NCBI RefSeq assembly: GCF_018350175.1
Contig: NC_058368.1
Location: 164,860,001-164,924,000, forward strand
Direction of reading: 5' to 3'
Length of the DNA stretch: 64,000 bases
Source of the DNA: Felis catus
Taxonomy: Eukaryota
A program made the position numbers and the translations under genes. Shown piece after piece: positions 51,412 through 64,000 of the stretch. Every line of letters starts with the position of its first letter. Within the stretch, counting starts at the first letter, position 1. A model generated the notes under the pieces. The model saw only the letters and a list, made by a program, of their open reading frames with translations, did no database searches and was not told where the DNA came from.

Positions 51412-52620
51412 TGACACTGAAGACACAAGGAACAAAAGCAGAAATAAACGAATGGGACTACATCACATTAAATAACTTCTGAATAGCAAAAGAAACAAAA
51501 TGAAAAAGCAGCCTGTGGAATGCGAGGTATCTGTATTTGTAAGTATTTCTATACTATATATCCAATAAGGGGTTAATAACCAAAATACATGAGGAACTTA
51601 TATAACTCAATATCAAAGAACACTTATTAATCAATTAAAAAATAGGCAAAGGACCTGAATAGATACTTTCCAAAGACTTAGAAATGCTCAACAGGTGCAT
51701 AAAAAGATGTTCAAGATCACTAATCATCAGGGAAATGCAAACCAAAAACACAAGGAGTTATATACTGCACTGTTAAGATAGTGTGTTGATGAGGAGGTGG
51801 AGAAAAGAGAACCCTTGTCTACTGTTGGTGGTGATGTAAATTGGAATAACCACTAGGGAAAATGGTATGAAACTTCCTAAAAAGATGAGAAATAGAACTA
51901 TCACATGATCCAGGAACCACCTTTCTGGGTATATTTATACACAGGCAATGATAATGGGATCTTGAAGAGATAAGAGCTATCTGCACTCCCTTATTCATTG
52001 TGGCATATTTACAAGAATGAAGAAATAGAAACAACTTAAGTGTCCCACAGTGGATGAATTAATAAAGAAAAGGTGACATACACTAATATTAAATTACATA
52101 TAAAATATCTAATATATTGGAATATCATTCAGCCATAAAAAAAGAAGAAAATCCTGTAATTTGTGACAACTTTAGGAAATCTTGAGGTATGCTAAGTGAA
52201 ATAAGTCAGACAAGGAAAGGCAAATACTGTATGATCTCATTTGTGTGTGAAATCTGAAAAAGAAAGTAGGTTAGTGGTTGAGTGAGGCTAAAAGTTGGAA
52301 GAAATGGGGAGGTGTTGGTCAAAGAGCTCAAACTTGCAGTAATATGATGAATAAGTTCTGGAGATTTCGTATGAAGCATGGTGATTATAGCTGATGGTAC
52401 TGTATATTTTACTTGAAAGTTGTCAAGAGTAAATCTTAAATATTCTTACCTCACATACACAATAGAATGGTAACTATGTGAGGTGATGTATGGGTTAACT
52501 AGTTATATTGTAGTAAACATTTCACAATATATATAATATGTATATCATATTATCACACTGTACCATTTATACTTACAAAATGTTGTAGGTCAATTATATC
52601 TCCATAAAGCTGGGGAAAAA
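51412..52620 (+). mobile_element. 5'-truncated L1 (L1MA9-like): ORF2 C-terminal region and 3'UTR, inserted opposite to the host L1
   Basis: aacaaaagcagaaataaacgaatgggactacatca...catcagggaaatgcaaaccaaaa...gctaagtgaaataagtcagaca...gtcaattatatctccataaagctggggaaaaa. Confidence 0.88.
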
Positions 52621-53279
52621 GATTTTTGTTGACAGTTTTTTTTTTTTCCCCCAATACTTAGAATGCCATCTCACTGCTTTCAGGCCTCCATGGTTTCTAT
52701 GAAGATGTCAGCTTTTATTCTTACTAGGATTTTTGTAAGCAAACATTTTTCTGTTGCTTTAATATTTTTCATTGTCTTTGTGTTTTATTCTTACTGTGAT
52801 ATGTCTGGGTGTGGATCTCTGTATTTATCCCACTTGGAATTTGTTGAGCTTCATACTGGAGTATATCAATGTTTTTAATCAAATTGTGAAGTTCTCAGCC
52901 ATTATTTTCTGGAACTTTCTGGTTCTCCCACTCCTCTTAGTACTGTAATCATGCATATGTTCCTGTGCTTTAATGTTGCCCCACATTTCTTTGAGGTTAT
53001 GTGTATTTCCTTCATATTTTTTCTTGATATTCTTCAAATTGCATACCCTGTCAATCTGACTTCGATTTTACTGGTTCTTTCTTCTGACTATCCACATCTT
53101 CTCTTGATCCTCCCTAGAAATTTTTTTTTCTAACCTCAATTATTGAATATTTCAATCCCCAAATTTCCAGTTTGTTAATTTTTATAATTTTTGTTTCATT
53201 ATTGATGTTCTCTCTTTGATAAAGCACAGTTAACATAGCTACATTTACTTCTTTATGTATTGTTTCTTTAGTTTTTTGA

Positions 53280-53352
53280 TCTAGCCGCATTTCAGGGGAT
53301 GAGAGAGGCAAAAAAAAATTCAGGCTGCTGCACCATCTTGGCCCATCCCCCC
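53280..53352 (-). mobile_element. 73-bp TSD-flanked insert resembling the extreme 5' end of a carnivore L1
   Basis: Minus strand reads ggggggatgggccaagatggtgcagcagcctgaa...tctctcatcccctgaaatgcggctaga; 18-bp TSD with 1 mismatch at 53262-53279 and 53353-53370. Confidence 0.7.
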
Positions 53353-54790
53353 GTTTCTTTACTTTTTTGAACACTAAACATTTTTATAATGGCTTCTCTG
53401 AAATCTTTGTTAAATCTGACATCTAGGCCCTCTCACAGGCAGTTTGTATTGCTTGTATTTTTTTTCCTCATATAAGGGTCACATTTTCCTGTTTATTTGT
53501 ATGTCCTGTAATTTTTTGTGAAAACTAGACTTTTTATGTAGTTAAAGCAGCTCTGGATACTGATTCCCTCTTATGCTCCCCGGCTTGTTCGTTGTGGTGT
53601 TTTGTGTGTACGTGTGTGTGTTTTTCCTTTGTTTTTGTTTTTGTGTGTTATGACTTGGCTACACTATTTGAATCATATCTACTTTGGAAGTATGAAGCCT
53701 CTGATTTTTCTCAATAGGCTCAGCTTTGGATATTTAACTACACAACTATCTAGAATGATAGTGGTTTTATCAGGACTGTTGCTCTCAGATTTCTCTGTTA
53801 AGCACTTGCCTTGTTTGGTATCATACCAAACTCAGTCTCCACTAATTTGTGGCTGATTGCTCTGTTGTTTCCAAAAATAGCCTGGGGAGTAAATTACTTC
53901 ACAGTCTAATCTAGCTAAATTTAGCATTCTTTGCAGGATAGTTTATAAGGCCAGTCTTTGAGGTTTATTTTGATCCCAGAAGTGATCTTTTTAGCTTCTG
54001 TTTCATTGGTGTACTCTGTTGAACTAGCTGGCATATTCTCTAGCTCCTTCTAATCAATGAGCTGTCAGCCTCCTTCTCTTAACTGCCTACCATCAAAATC
54101 TCTGCTGTTTTCAATCATACCTATTTAGGCTTGAACTCCTCAGAGTCTGTTTCAAGTAAAGTCAGTTACTTTCAGGAAAGAAAGCTCTCAACCTTTTTCT
54201 TCTTGCAGATTACCTCATCCCCTAGTCAGAATAACTAAACTACTGTTCCAGAGTTGTGTAAGGGGTCAGTACCCTGCTTCTCATTGCAAATAAAATGCTG
54301 GGTAGGGATGGTAGCCTGTGGTCTTCTCAGTTTGCCTCTACACATATAGAACTTCAGCTGTAAAAGCAAGACAGGGAAAGGGCAATTGGGCCCCCAGTAT
54401 TTTCGGCGTGTTGCTCCTGGGATAAGTTCTTTGCACTCTCAGTGGGGGCTGGGCGGAAGAAGTGAGCCTGTGACCTCATAGCTACACTGGTAAGTATTTT
54501 AACTTTTGCAACTTAAAACTTGGAGAGGGTGGTGGTATGACAAATGCTGGCAGCCTACACTTTCTCATGAAATGCTGTGTTCCTTGACCGGAACCTAAGA
54601 GGAAAGGAAGCTCCAGGTTTTGTCTCCATTTGTCTGGAGCAGAGCTTCTGTCATTATGAGAGGAGTATGGGACAAGGAGGGAGATGGATGGTCAAGGCTC
54701 AAGTGCCATGGCCCTCTATTTTATATTTAGTAGATTCTTTCAGTATTTTTTTTTTCATTGTTTGTTCTTAGGATAACTTCCACATACTTT

Positions 54791-54801
54791 TTTTTTTTTT
54801 T
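54791..54801 (-). mobile_element. Solitary poly(A) insertion with TSD
   Basis: acttcca[c/t]atacttt at 54776-54790 and 54802-54816 flanks T11. Confidence 0.7.
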
Positions 54802-55179
54802 ACTTCCATATACTTTAAATGGTAATTTCTTTGTTTTTTAAATTTTCACATTCACCAAAATATTTTTTCTGGAGAGTGGATAGTGCCATTATGAAAGTTG
54901 ATAGCAATTTGAATGCAGTTGATGCTTCATATAATGGGGATGGGAATATTTATGAATTCAACAGATAACCTGGAAAGCCGACTGTGTAGTACAGGTAGAG
55001 TCATTGACCTCATATAGTCTTTCCTTTCATGCATCCTGTTTCTGTTGGGCTTATTAGTCTTATTATATTAATTATATTGGGATAATTGGTCTTAAGACAT
55101 TAAATAATGAGATATATGACTGATATATATAGAAAATGAATAGTAAGAAATAAAGAAAATAACAGTATGAAAGAGCATA

Positions 55180-55345
55180 ATGGTACTGTGATAAAAGAGA
55201 ATGGATCAGCAGCAGGCAAGAATACTGTACCCAGAGTGATTTGGGAAGGCCTTACTAAGCATGTGGTATTAGAGCAGAGGTTGGAAGAAGAAGCCAAGCA
55301 TGTGAACCATCCAGGGGAAATTATTTCAGAGACAGGAAGGTGAAA
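55180..55345 (-). mobile_element. L2 relic
   Basis: gggaaggccttactaagcatgtggtattagagcagagg...agccaagcatgtgaaccatccagggg. Confidence 0.6.
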
Positions 55346-55947
55346 AAGTTTTCATAATCATAGGAGCTAATGATTTGTTGTTCTTTAAAGGATAATAATA
55401 ATCTGAGCAAAGAACTGCTAGAAAAGGAGAAATGAAATATGCAGGAATCAGTGTAAATAATTTAGTAAGGTCCTAATGGTAGAAGGAATTGGGATCCAAA
55501 GCATAAGAAAAGTATTATAGAGGAGTTAGCATTTTTTGTGATGAAAGTGATACTGTTTGCAAAGCCTTGAGGTTGAGGGAATTTCTCAAATTAGTAAAAA
55601 TATAAAATTTAAAGCTAAGAAGGAACTTGGAATCAGATGAGAAAGGAAATAAAAAGAAAGATGAGCACGTTTACCTTTCTTAAATAACAGTGTTACAAAA
55701 TGCCAACTGAGTCAACATTTAATTAATATTTTATCAAATGTTTTTCAAATAAACTAAAAGCACAGATGCATTTTCACATGATTTAAAATAACTGTTTATA
55801 GAAGCTGTTTTAAAATTTTATTTATCTAATAAGTGTGTTATATGTGTGTTACTGGGACAGAGTCATTTTATTTTCATGTCCATAGAGGGGATAAAAGAGA
55901 AGAACCTTAGAGATAAGGCACATGTACAGAACTAAGTGATAAAAAAG

Positions 55948-55952
<5 letters not shown>

Positions 55953-55986
<34 letters not shown>
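55953..55986 (+). repeat. (GA)n microsatellite
   Basis: Direct reading. Confidence 0.96.
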
Positions 55987-55988
<2 letters not shown>

Positions 55989-58900
55989 ATAGCCGCACTT
56001 GAATTAGCTTATATACCTGAAGGGAAAATGTATGCTATAATGAGATTCAATAATAGTTCAATTACAGTAGATCTTGTGAAGGGCCAGTTAGAGGCTTGAC
56101 AACAAATATATCAAGTTCAAAAATAGTTTCTGAGAGTCAATTGAAGGCACTGACAAGCAATTATATATTTACATAGAAATCTAAAATCAAATAAAGTTGG
56201 TTTAGTTATCCATACAGCAGCTAATTGACCAGATGTATTCCAAAATAAGACAATCTCATATTTGCATCATAGAAGTAAATGAAATTGTTAAACCAATTTC
56301 ATCTAAATAAAGGAGAATAAAATGAAATTTGCAAACATTAACATAAAATTCAATAGCTGACATAAAGCATTTGTGAAAATGTGAAAAGCTCATAGAAAAC
56401 TAAGGAAAATGCATTGCCTTAAATGTCCTTCAGAAAGTCTTTAAAATGTCTTGCATCAAGTCAGAGTAACATGACAGTTAATAGCAACAAAGAGGTTATA
56501 ACTATTCAGATCTAAAAATATCTCACAATAATATGTACTCTCTCAGAAAATGAAAAAAAAAAAAAAAACAATATGACATTTTAAGACCTGGGACAATGAA
56601 AGTACTAAATGTCTTTTCACCTTCACCTGTATCTAGTGTTGTTTTCTTTTTTCTGATTTTCTATATTGATGATGTGACAATTGAACTGAATGATAAATTT
56701 CTTGCTTATATTGTGCATGTTGCAAGTTTGATCTTCAAAAACTAATCGTTATGCCATGTTTCCCTGTTTTACTTGTTATCTCATCCAAAGAAAAACTGTT
56801 GATGTATTAAATTTTATCCAGTTTTCTTGTCCTTTGCAAAAACAAAAACACGCCCCCCCCAAAAAAAAAAAAAAAAACCTAACAACTTTGCAACAGTCAT
56901 CTTTCTATATGTGAATAACCACACAAAAAAATTGAAGCCCAGGTATGGGCTGTGTATCTGTGGGGGAGCTGTCATAGGGTATAGAGAATCTAGAGGGAGG
57001 GGCCAAGTTTAATTTTTTTTCTAGCTCAAAAAGCACATCATCAACTAGATGTCAGGTCAAATATTCTGAAGTTGTTTATGAAGTTTACGGTCAGGCTTTT
57101 CAAAACAGTGCATTTTATATTTAGTAATTCTTATGGGGGGGCAGGACAGGTAGCAGGTGGCAGGTAAAAATGAAGGCTATGTAGGAATTATGAAACGACA
57201 CAGGAAAAGAATAGGAATAAAAAAAAGTTTAGCAATATCTCTTGATAAGTTAATGGTTTTAGGATAGCTTTCCTTATTAGTGAACAAGGTTGGGAGGTAC
57301 TAGTCATTTAAATTTAGCCCAAAGTCAGATCTATTTAAAACAGAGTTAGTTATACCACAGGTAAAGAGATGAGGGATTAACTATTTGATATGAGTTTTAT
57401 GCTAAAATTATCCTTGTATACCTAGACAAAATATTCTAAATTTTTAAAGATGTAACCACTATGTGGAAGGTAAGAACTGTACATCCTTCTATAGCACTGT
57501 GACAGAATTGATACAGCTGAGCCTAGATCCATACTATCATGAACCAGGAAGGTCAAATGCAGTTTCAAGAATTCAGACGCAAGCCAGTGTGCAGCCTGTG
57601 GCCAATAAATGAAGTTTACTGCTTGTCTTTATGCATTTTAGTATTATTTTAACAGTTAAGAAGCTACTTTTTGATAACATTGAATATGTATGCAAATCTA
57701 GAGCTAAAATAACATGTTATAGCATTGTTTCTACTAAAAAAAGTGAAATACGTTTCATCAGGCATGTGTAGCTGTATTATTATTTCAATAAAATAAAATA
57801 CTATTTAGTAATTGAAAAGTAATCATACATGAATATTGGTGGACATGGAAACATAATCATATATAATTGACTAAAGCTAGTTGCAAAATAACTACATCCA
57901 TGAAAATATATTTTCATTACCCTCTCTACCTATTCTTACTACCCTCTCCACTACAGGTAATCTGAAAGTTTTAATTTTGTTTTTGTTTTGTTTTGTTTTT
58001 TTCTTATGTAATGGACATTCCTGTACCTGTGTTATTAATTTACATTATTCTTATTGAGGTATTACCTTACCTTTAGAGAAGACATTGTGTTCTTTGAATC
58101 TTTCTAAGGTAAATCTGTTTCCTTATGTAAATATGATCTTTGCTTTTCCTAAAGACTAGTAAGATACTTTGTTTGATAGATTTGTCTCATACTGTCCTTA
58201 GGAGTGAATTTCTAGCTAATCTTTAATGGATATATAGCATGATCAGGTCATGAAGGTAAACTAATCACTTTGATTTTTTTTTCTTTTACACGAAAATGTC
58301 ATATAACCTACACAGACTCATTCAGTTGATTTTGAAATTAAGGTACACCAACATTCTGAAGTAACCTGAGTAGCCTATTCTCCTTTTTTATTTTTTCCAA
58401 GAACTTTGCAAGAGGTGAATTAATTGTTCCTTAAAAGTTTGGTGTGATTTGGCTGCACATATGTTGTGTTCATTTTAGTTTTTAATTTATTTAATACCTT
58501 CTAATCTATTAATTTCTCTGTATTTTGCTCTAGCTTAGTTAAAATATTTTATTTTAACAAATAACAAAACTTATTTTACAGTGAATTGTGAAAGAAATCT
58601 GTCTTGTTCTCTTCATCCTCATTTTGGAATAGTAAGGGCAAATCGACCTGTCTTGGGTAGTTATTCCCTTCACAGAATTTAATTGGAATCATTTTTACCT
58701 TTCATGTCTTCATTGAAGTGGGAAACATTCTCTGTGTGGCATAGTTGAGGAATAACAAGACAGCAATAAAATGTTTATGCAGTACTTATATTATGCCAAG
58801 GAATATTCTAAGTATTCCATGTTTAAGACCACTGGTTCTGGAGTCTGATCTGTGATCTGGAGCAAAATATCTAATCTCTATGGGCCTCAAGTGTATAATG

Positions 58901-60844
58901 TATAAAATTGTAGTAGCAATAATACATATCTCATTGGACTTTATGAAGATGTAATACATGATTTCAGTGATTGTCTTTTTCTTATTTCTTGTTAAAAAAA
59001 AAAAAGTTAACAGAGAACCCTAATGTGTGAGAGAGAAAACTTGAACTATTCATTTTGAAATGGATCTGGAGACTCACCAACTCACTGTCCCTTGCCTGTC
59101 TTCTACTCTCCACTCCAAAACAGGTGGCCCAAGAAGCACCTCTTTGTGTATGTAAACTTTAAAGGAATAGTTGTAAAAGAACTGTGTCGTGTATTTATCA
59201 GAAGTGAATATCATTTGGTTACATTGTTAATTATGCAAAGAAATTTGTCTTTGCAGATCACATCTTGGACTCTGTTTACCAGCTGAAAGCTATAAAAGTT
59301 AAATAATTTCTGTGAGACTGAATTTCTTCATGTTTTAACTTTATGAAGAAGCATACCTTGAAAGATTATTTTGAATTCTGGTGATATCTGTAAAATTTCA
59401 GGTTGTCTTTAGTTTTACTTGCAGGTTTATAATACATGGCACTGCCACTCTTCTGCTTTGATTTTCAAGCCAAATTTGCCTGATATAGGTTGTATGTTCC
59501 TATTACTAATTATAATTAAAGCTGGCCTATATTGATTCAGGAATGCCTCTTTGGACTTTACATAAAGTATTCAGAATTTACTAATTCTCTTAGAGGTGTT
59601 ACACAGTTACCTGACTGAAACTACACATGACGCTTACAGCAATCTCTGACTTTATTAGTGTTAAGCAGTAAATCCTGTCTAATACTTTGGCTGCTACCTA
59701 TTTGACCACTACTAATATGTAGACGTTATTTTGCCCATCACTTATCCTGATCTCTATGTACCTGAATATGTCTTTGCCTAAATCCCATAAGAATGAGTAG
59801 GCATCATTACTGGTTGAGATAATCTAAGGGCCCTGAAACTTACAAGACAGTTACAATGCTTGAAAGCATACACTTAAAAAAAAAAAAATTTAAACCATAC
59901 AATAAAGTTATTGTTTTAACCATACAATAAGGTTATAAGTGCTGCCATGACCTTTCTAGATCATGACTGATTCATCATAAATTATGTAAATAATAAAAAT
60001 TATTTAAAATCAATGAAAACATAATCATAAAACACACTCAATTGGCATATGGTAAATGTTTCCAAAATGCTATTATAGAAAAATATGTGCCTTTTATAAT
60101 AAGGTGATTAAAAACTAATATTCTAGTCCCTTTTCTACATCTTCTCCTAGTTTTACAATTAGCATAAAGTATATTATGAATATCTAAATAAATATACACA
60201 CATTTATATTAGAGCTTAAAGTTTACATGTATTTTATACACATGTGAGAGAGTACCTATTTGTGTATGTGTGCATGCACATATGTGAGATGCACTTATAA
60301 TTTTAGGAAAATTGTCTCATTTTTCATTCCTATCTTTCATTTGTGTATGTCCAGTAATCTTATAAGAATGAATTAAAAATAAAATGAATTGATTCACACC
60401 TTTGAATAAGGCAGTACTTTTACCTTGACAACCCAGTGCAATCCCTGATATTCTTATATATTAGTTCTGTTGTGAAGCCTACCTAAGTATATACATATCA
60501 GAATGAAACAAAACAAGATAGAACTTCCCAAGTGACTCTAGTTCACAGCCACGACTAAGAAGATTCTTGAATAAAATTGTGAGCTGAAACAAGACCTTCT
60601 TACTCTCTTCTGGAAGGGCTGATTCTACAAGGCTTTGGGAATCATACGTATGTCACTGTGTAGCATGAATGCTTTCCTTCAGGAATGTTTCAAAAGTAAA
60701 GCTAATAAAGTGTTTCCCTTCTTGAGAAAAGAGTGCTCCTTGTGATCTTCAATGCCTTATAAATCATGAGTTCTTAAAACCTGTTTCTTAATACAGTTGC
60801 TGGGAGAAATGAAACATAATAACTGTAGTAGGTATTGTTATTAT

Positions 60845-61236
60845 TCATAAACTATTTCCTTTTCTCTCTCTTCCTAGGTGAATGATAGGATTGAACTTGA
60901 CAGCTACCTTTAAATGTGACTTGCTACATAGCCAGTGGTATGGGAGAAGTGAGACATACCATTTTTAAAAAGTAAGTTTGAAGTGCTGTGTACTCATAGT
61001 GTGTACTGTATTTTCCTTGTGCAGTAGTGAGCTGTGTATTCGAGACAGTGACTATTGTATCAGCATCAGGACCAGACTTAAAACATAGTGACATAAAGCA
61101 GAGCTCTGCAGCTTGCCTGAAATGGACATGAACATGTCTGAAAAATTAATCATTTTAATTGTTTTTAATTCCTTGAGTTTTTTGAAGTTACTTATTCATT
61201 ACTGCAGTCTAACTTCAGCATACCCTGACTGAAACA
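60845..61236 (+). mobile_element. ERVL-MaLR LTR (MLT1I/J-like)
   Basis: atgtgacttgctacatagccagtggtatgggagaagtga ... atggacatgaacatgtctgaaaaattaa ... ttactgcagtctaacttcagcataccctgactgaaaca. Confidence 0.6.
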
Positions 61237-61379
61237 AAAGTTAAAATATTAAACTAGTAGTCATGGAAGTAAACCCTATTTCAGTATAACCATAACAGAA
61301 GTGTTGCAATTATATATGGCAATTCTTTTCATTTTGAAATTCTTATCTTGTCTCACATGTTCAGTTCTTTCCATATATC

Positions 61380-61560
61380 GGATTTAATTCTCATCGTGAC
61401 TTTAAGAAAAATTTAATACTTCATTCTCATTTTTACCTCAGAGGAAACAAAGGCTTACAGAAGAAACATTCCTTCAATATCATACAACTAGTGAGTGACA
61501 GAAACATCTCAGGTGCAGATTTTTATTTAAATTGTAAGGTTCACGCCCTTAAACATTGTG
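61380..61560 (-). mobile_element. MIR relic
   Basis: cattttta...cagaggaaacaaaggcttacagaag...tcatacaactagtgagtgacaga. Confidence 0.6.
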
Positions 61561-64000
61561 TGATATGTTATCTATGTGTCCAAAACAAGCAAGTAAAATT
61601 AACTAACTAAACATTAAATAGTCACTAAATAAGGAATATTTATATATTCCATATATACAAGGGAACCACATAAGTGAGAAGTGAGGAAGTGGATGGCAGG
61701 TAATAGATAATAGCAAAATTAGTAAGTCATTAAGTCTTACAATGGACAAGCTGAAGATCTCAGGACAGTGTGGAGAGGAAGCTGGATCAGGAGGCTTGTA
61801 TATAGATCAGCAATAAACATGAAGTAGCTGTTCTACTGAAGGGAGAGACACTGAACCTGAGATGACCTGTATCAGTGAAAGTTGGTCACAGAAGTGATGG
61901 AAACTATAGCTGTATATTGTGTGAGTTTAGGGACTGCCAGGACCCTCAAGTAAGAAATGACCCAGTGAAAAATTATGAGCATTCAGATAGGTGATTTTTC
62001 ACACTGTTGCTGTTAAGAGTCCAAAGGGGAGACTGTATTCCTAATGATCCCTGGAACAGATTTGCGCTATGGAAAGTGTGATATATCTGTAAAAGTAATT
62101 TGTGTCTTTTTTGTTCATCTGAAGTTCTGTAACAAGATTTAAGAATTCCTTGTAGTTTTTTTTTTTTCTTATTGACCTTATATCTGTTTTATCTATAAGT
62201 ATATAAATTACTCTGTGTGGTGAGTAATTTTAAAAAATATAGGCTTTGAGTAAACACATTTAAAATTAATAGAAAATTTCTTGAAAAATAAATGGGGAAT
62301 TTTAGCCCAAATATGACACTGTGTGTGATAGATATTTCAGGCAGTAAATTTGAAAGCAAAGCCTATTTCTTAGGAGAATCAAAACATTATTGTATTTGTT
62401 TGGGTCCTCTGGAAACCAGATAGCAGGATGTGATCATGTGTGCATTTTTATCCATAATATTTCTGTGTATTGACCAATTCTAAGATGCAGTGAAATAGTC
62501 TTTCCTTTTTATATATTGGTTTCTTAACCATCCCTTAAAAATGATCTATAGGTCCCCTAATATAGTTAGCAAAACAAATTGTGTAGAATGCCAATTTTTG
62601 ATATTTTTGGTTCATGGCACAGAATTGTAGTAAGCAATGAATCCAAATTATGAAACACTGTCCCAACCATTTTTGCTAATATATTTAACAGTTAGGGATT
62701 TATCAAATGTATGCTTTATTCCAAACAAAACAAGGATTATGGAAATGCACAGTTAAATAGTCAAATGTTTATTTAAAGATGATTTCTTGAATCTCCTTTA
62801 AATAGAGAACAATTATACTTAAATTGTTATTCTTCCTTTCTTTCTATAAACCTCCTCATTTTCGTTTTGAATTTGTAATTATGTGGGATATTATCATACT
62901 AAAGGAAACACTGTGGAACATTACACAAAGCTTTCGAGTTAAAAATCAAAGCTAAATTTCTTTATTTTTATTATCCTTTTTTAGCAAAAAACTTTTACGG
63001 TCATTGTTTATAATAGGACTCACAGTCTTATAATAAGACACACAGTCTTATCATTCTTAGATGGTTGAGCATTTATTACTTGACAGTTTTCATTTTCTTT
63101 GCTGTTTTGTTTATGTCATTAGTAGAGGTCAAAATCATGACTTCATTGAGAGAATCCACCAGCCCCCTGAGCCAAACTTTTAAATGGCTTATGTTAAAAT
63201 CCCGTGCACTTTTTTTCATGAACTCTTAGGAGTTAGTAAATCTTTAAGTTCATCACAGGCTGCTGAACTCCAGCCTCTAAATGTCTCACTTTGTGCCCTT
63301 TGCAAATTTCTGGTCCAATCAGTAGTGACAAGGAAGGTCAGGGTCACTTGACACAAAGCATGGAGACACAGGTACAAGTTTATGTTCATATTTCTCTGGC
63401 AAATTAACTCCTGGGGTGATGGCATTTAGACAGCCATGAACTGGCTACTCAAAAGCCCAAAAAGTAACAATTCTTTTTTTCTGACTTTGATACAAAATGT
63501 TTTTTCCATTGCTTGTCCCATGAGCTTTTTATCTAATTTATTTATTATATTTTCTTGGGCCCTCTGCTCACTTTATTACCGGCACTATTTCTGACTCATT
63601 TAGGATTTCCCAAATCTGCCCTCAGATCACAATACATGCTCCACAGCTCTTCTTCTTCAGCTCTGTGGATCTACCCATATCGGTCTAAGTTTAGGTTGTT
63701 TAAACATGATGCAACTCTCAGAGATAAGGTCCTATTACAAACCCTGTTAAGCTAGCCTAAATTAATTTGTAGCACTAGGTGCTGAGAAACCAAAGTGTGA
63801 GGCTTACATCTGTGGCTCTCTGAGCAACTATTTTTCTGAATGACTGCCTAATTTTGTTTAAAGTAAAAAAGTTTATCTAGGTTCTTTCTGGACCATTTAG
63901 ATTTTCTAATTTCTGTAAGAACTGTGGCCAAAACTTACACAAGGATAGCAACTTCTTTAAATTCCACTGTCCATTAAAATCTTGTTCAATGTCTGTTTTT

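Larger units (their letters stand above)
50030..54890 (-). mobile_element. Old L1M 5' portion (ORF1/5'UTR-like), decayed and interrupted by younger inserts
   Basis: gacagtttttctggatata...//...gttgacagttttt...ctcactgctttcaggcctccatggtttct; gaatttgttgagcttc; ttctcagccattatt. Confidence 0.65.

Noticed and set aside
51819..52034. 71-aa ORF
   Set aside because: Antisense frame of decayed L1 ORF2.
59893..59936. Duplicated aaccatacaataa(a/g)gttat
   Set aside because: Ordinary short tandem duplication; similar ones occur at 63008-63050, 29474-29504 and 24822-24860.
61700..62100. Possible ancient LTR fragment (similar impressions at 14260-14820, 27400-27700, 35260-35720, 63300-63450)
   Set aside because: Too degraded to define boundaries or family by eye.

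Overview
This is AT-rich, non-coding mammalian DNA from a cat-family (felid) genome. The evidence is 19 tRNA-derived CanSINE/SINEC_Fc copies and a carnivore/feline L1 3' end. I can support no protein-coding exon, RNA gene or CRISPR array; the supplied ORFs are chance frames or overlap repeats. The window looks like a long intron or gene desert. It holds SINEs (most with target-site duplications, TSDs), an ~8 kb old antisense L1 block (46.9-54.9 kb) with nested insertions, MaLR/ERV solo LTRs, MIR/L2 relics, DNA-transposon MITEs and microsatellites. Repeat-free blocks at ~0.5-1.0 kb, ~34.4-34.8 kb and a CpG-retaining block at ~36.4-37.7 kb look like conserved regulatory elements. The most unusual signals are: (1) a 73-bp TSD-flanked, tail-less insert resembling only the extreme 5' end of a carnivore L1; (2) a 152/153-identical local copy inside an old L1, plus an older analogous copy inside a MIR; (3) a SINE dimer sharing one TSD; (4) poly(A)-only and SINE-tail-only insertions; (5) several + strand polypyrimidine-YAG|GT motifs resembling recursive splice sites. 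Repeat family names come from my memory of consensus sequences, not a database search. I found no convincing new gene system.
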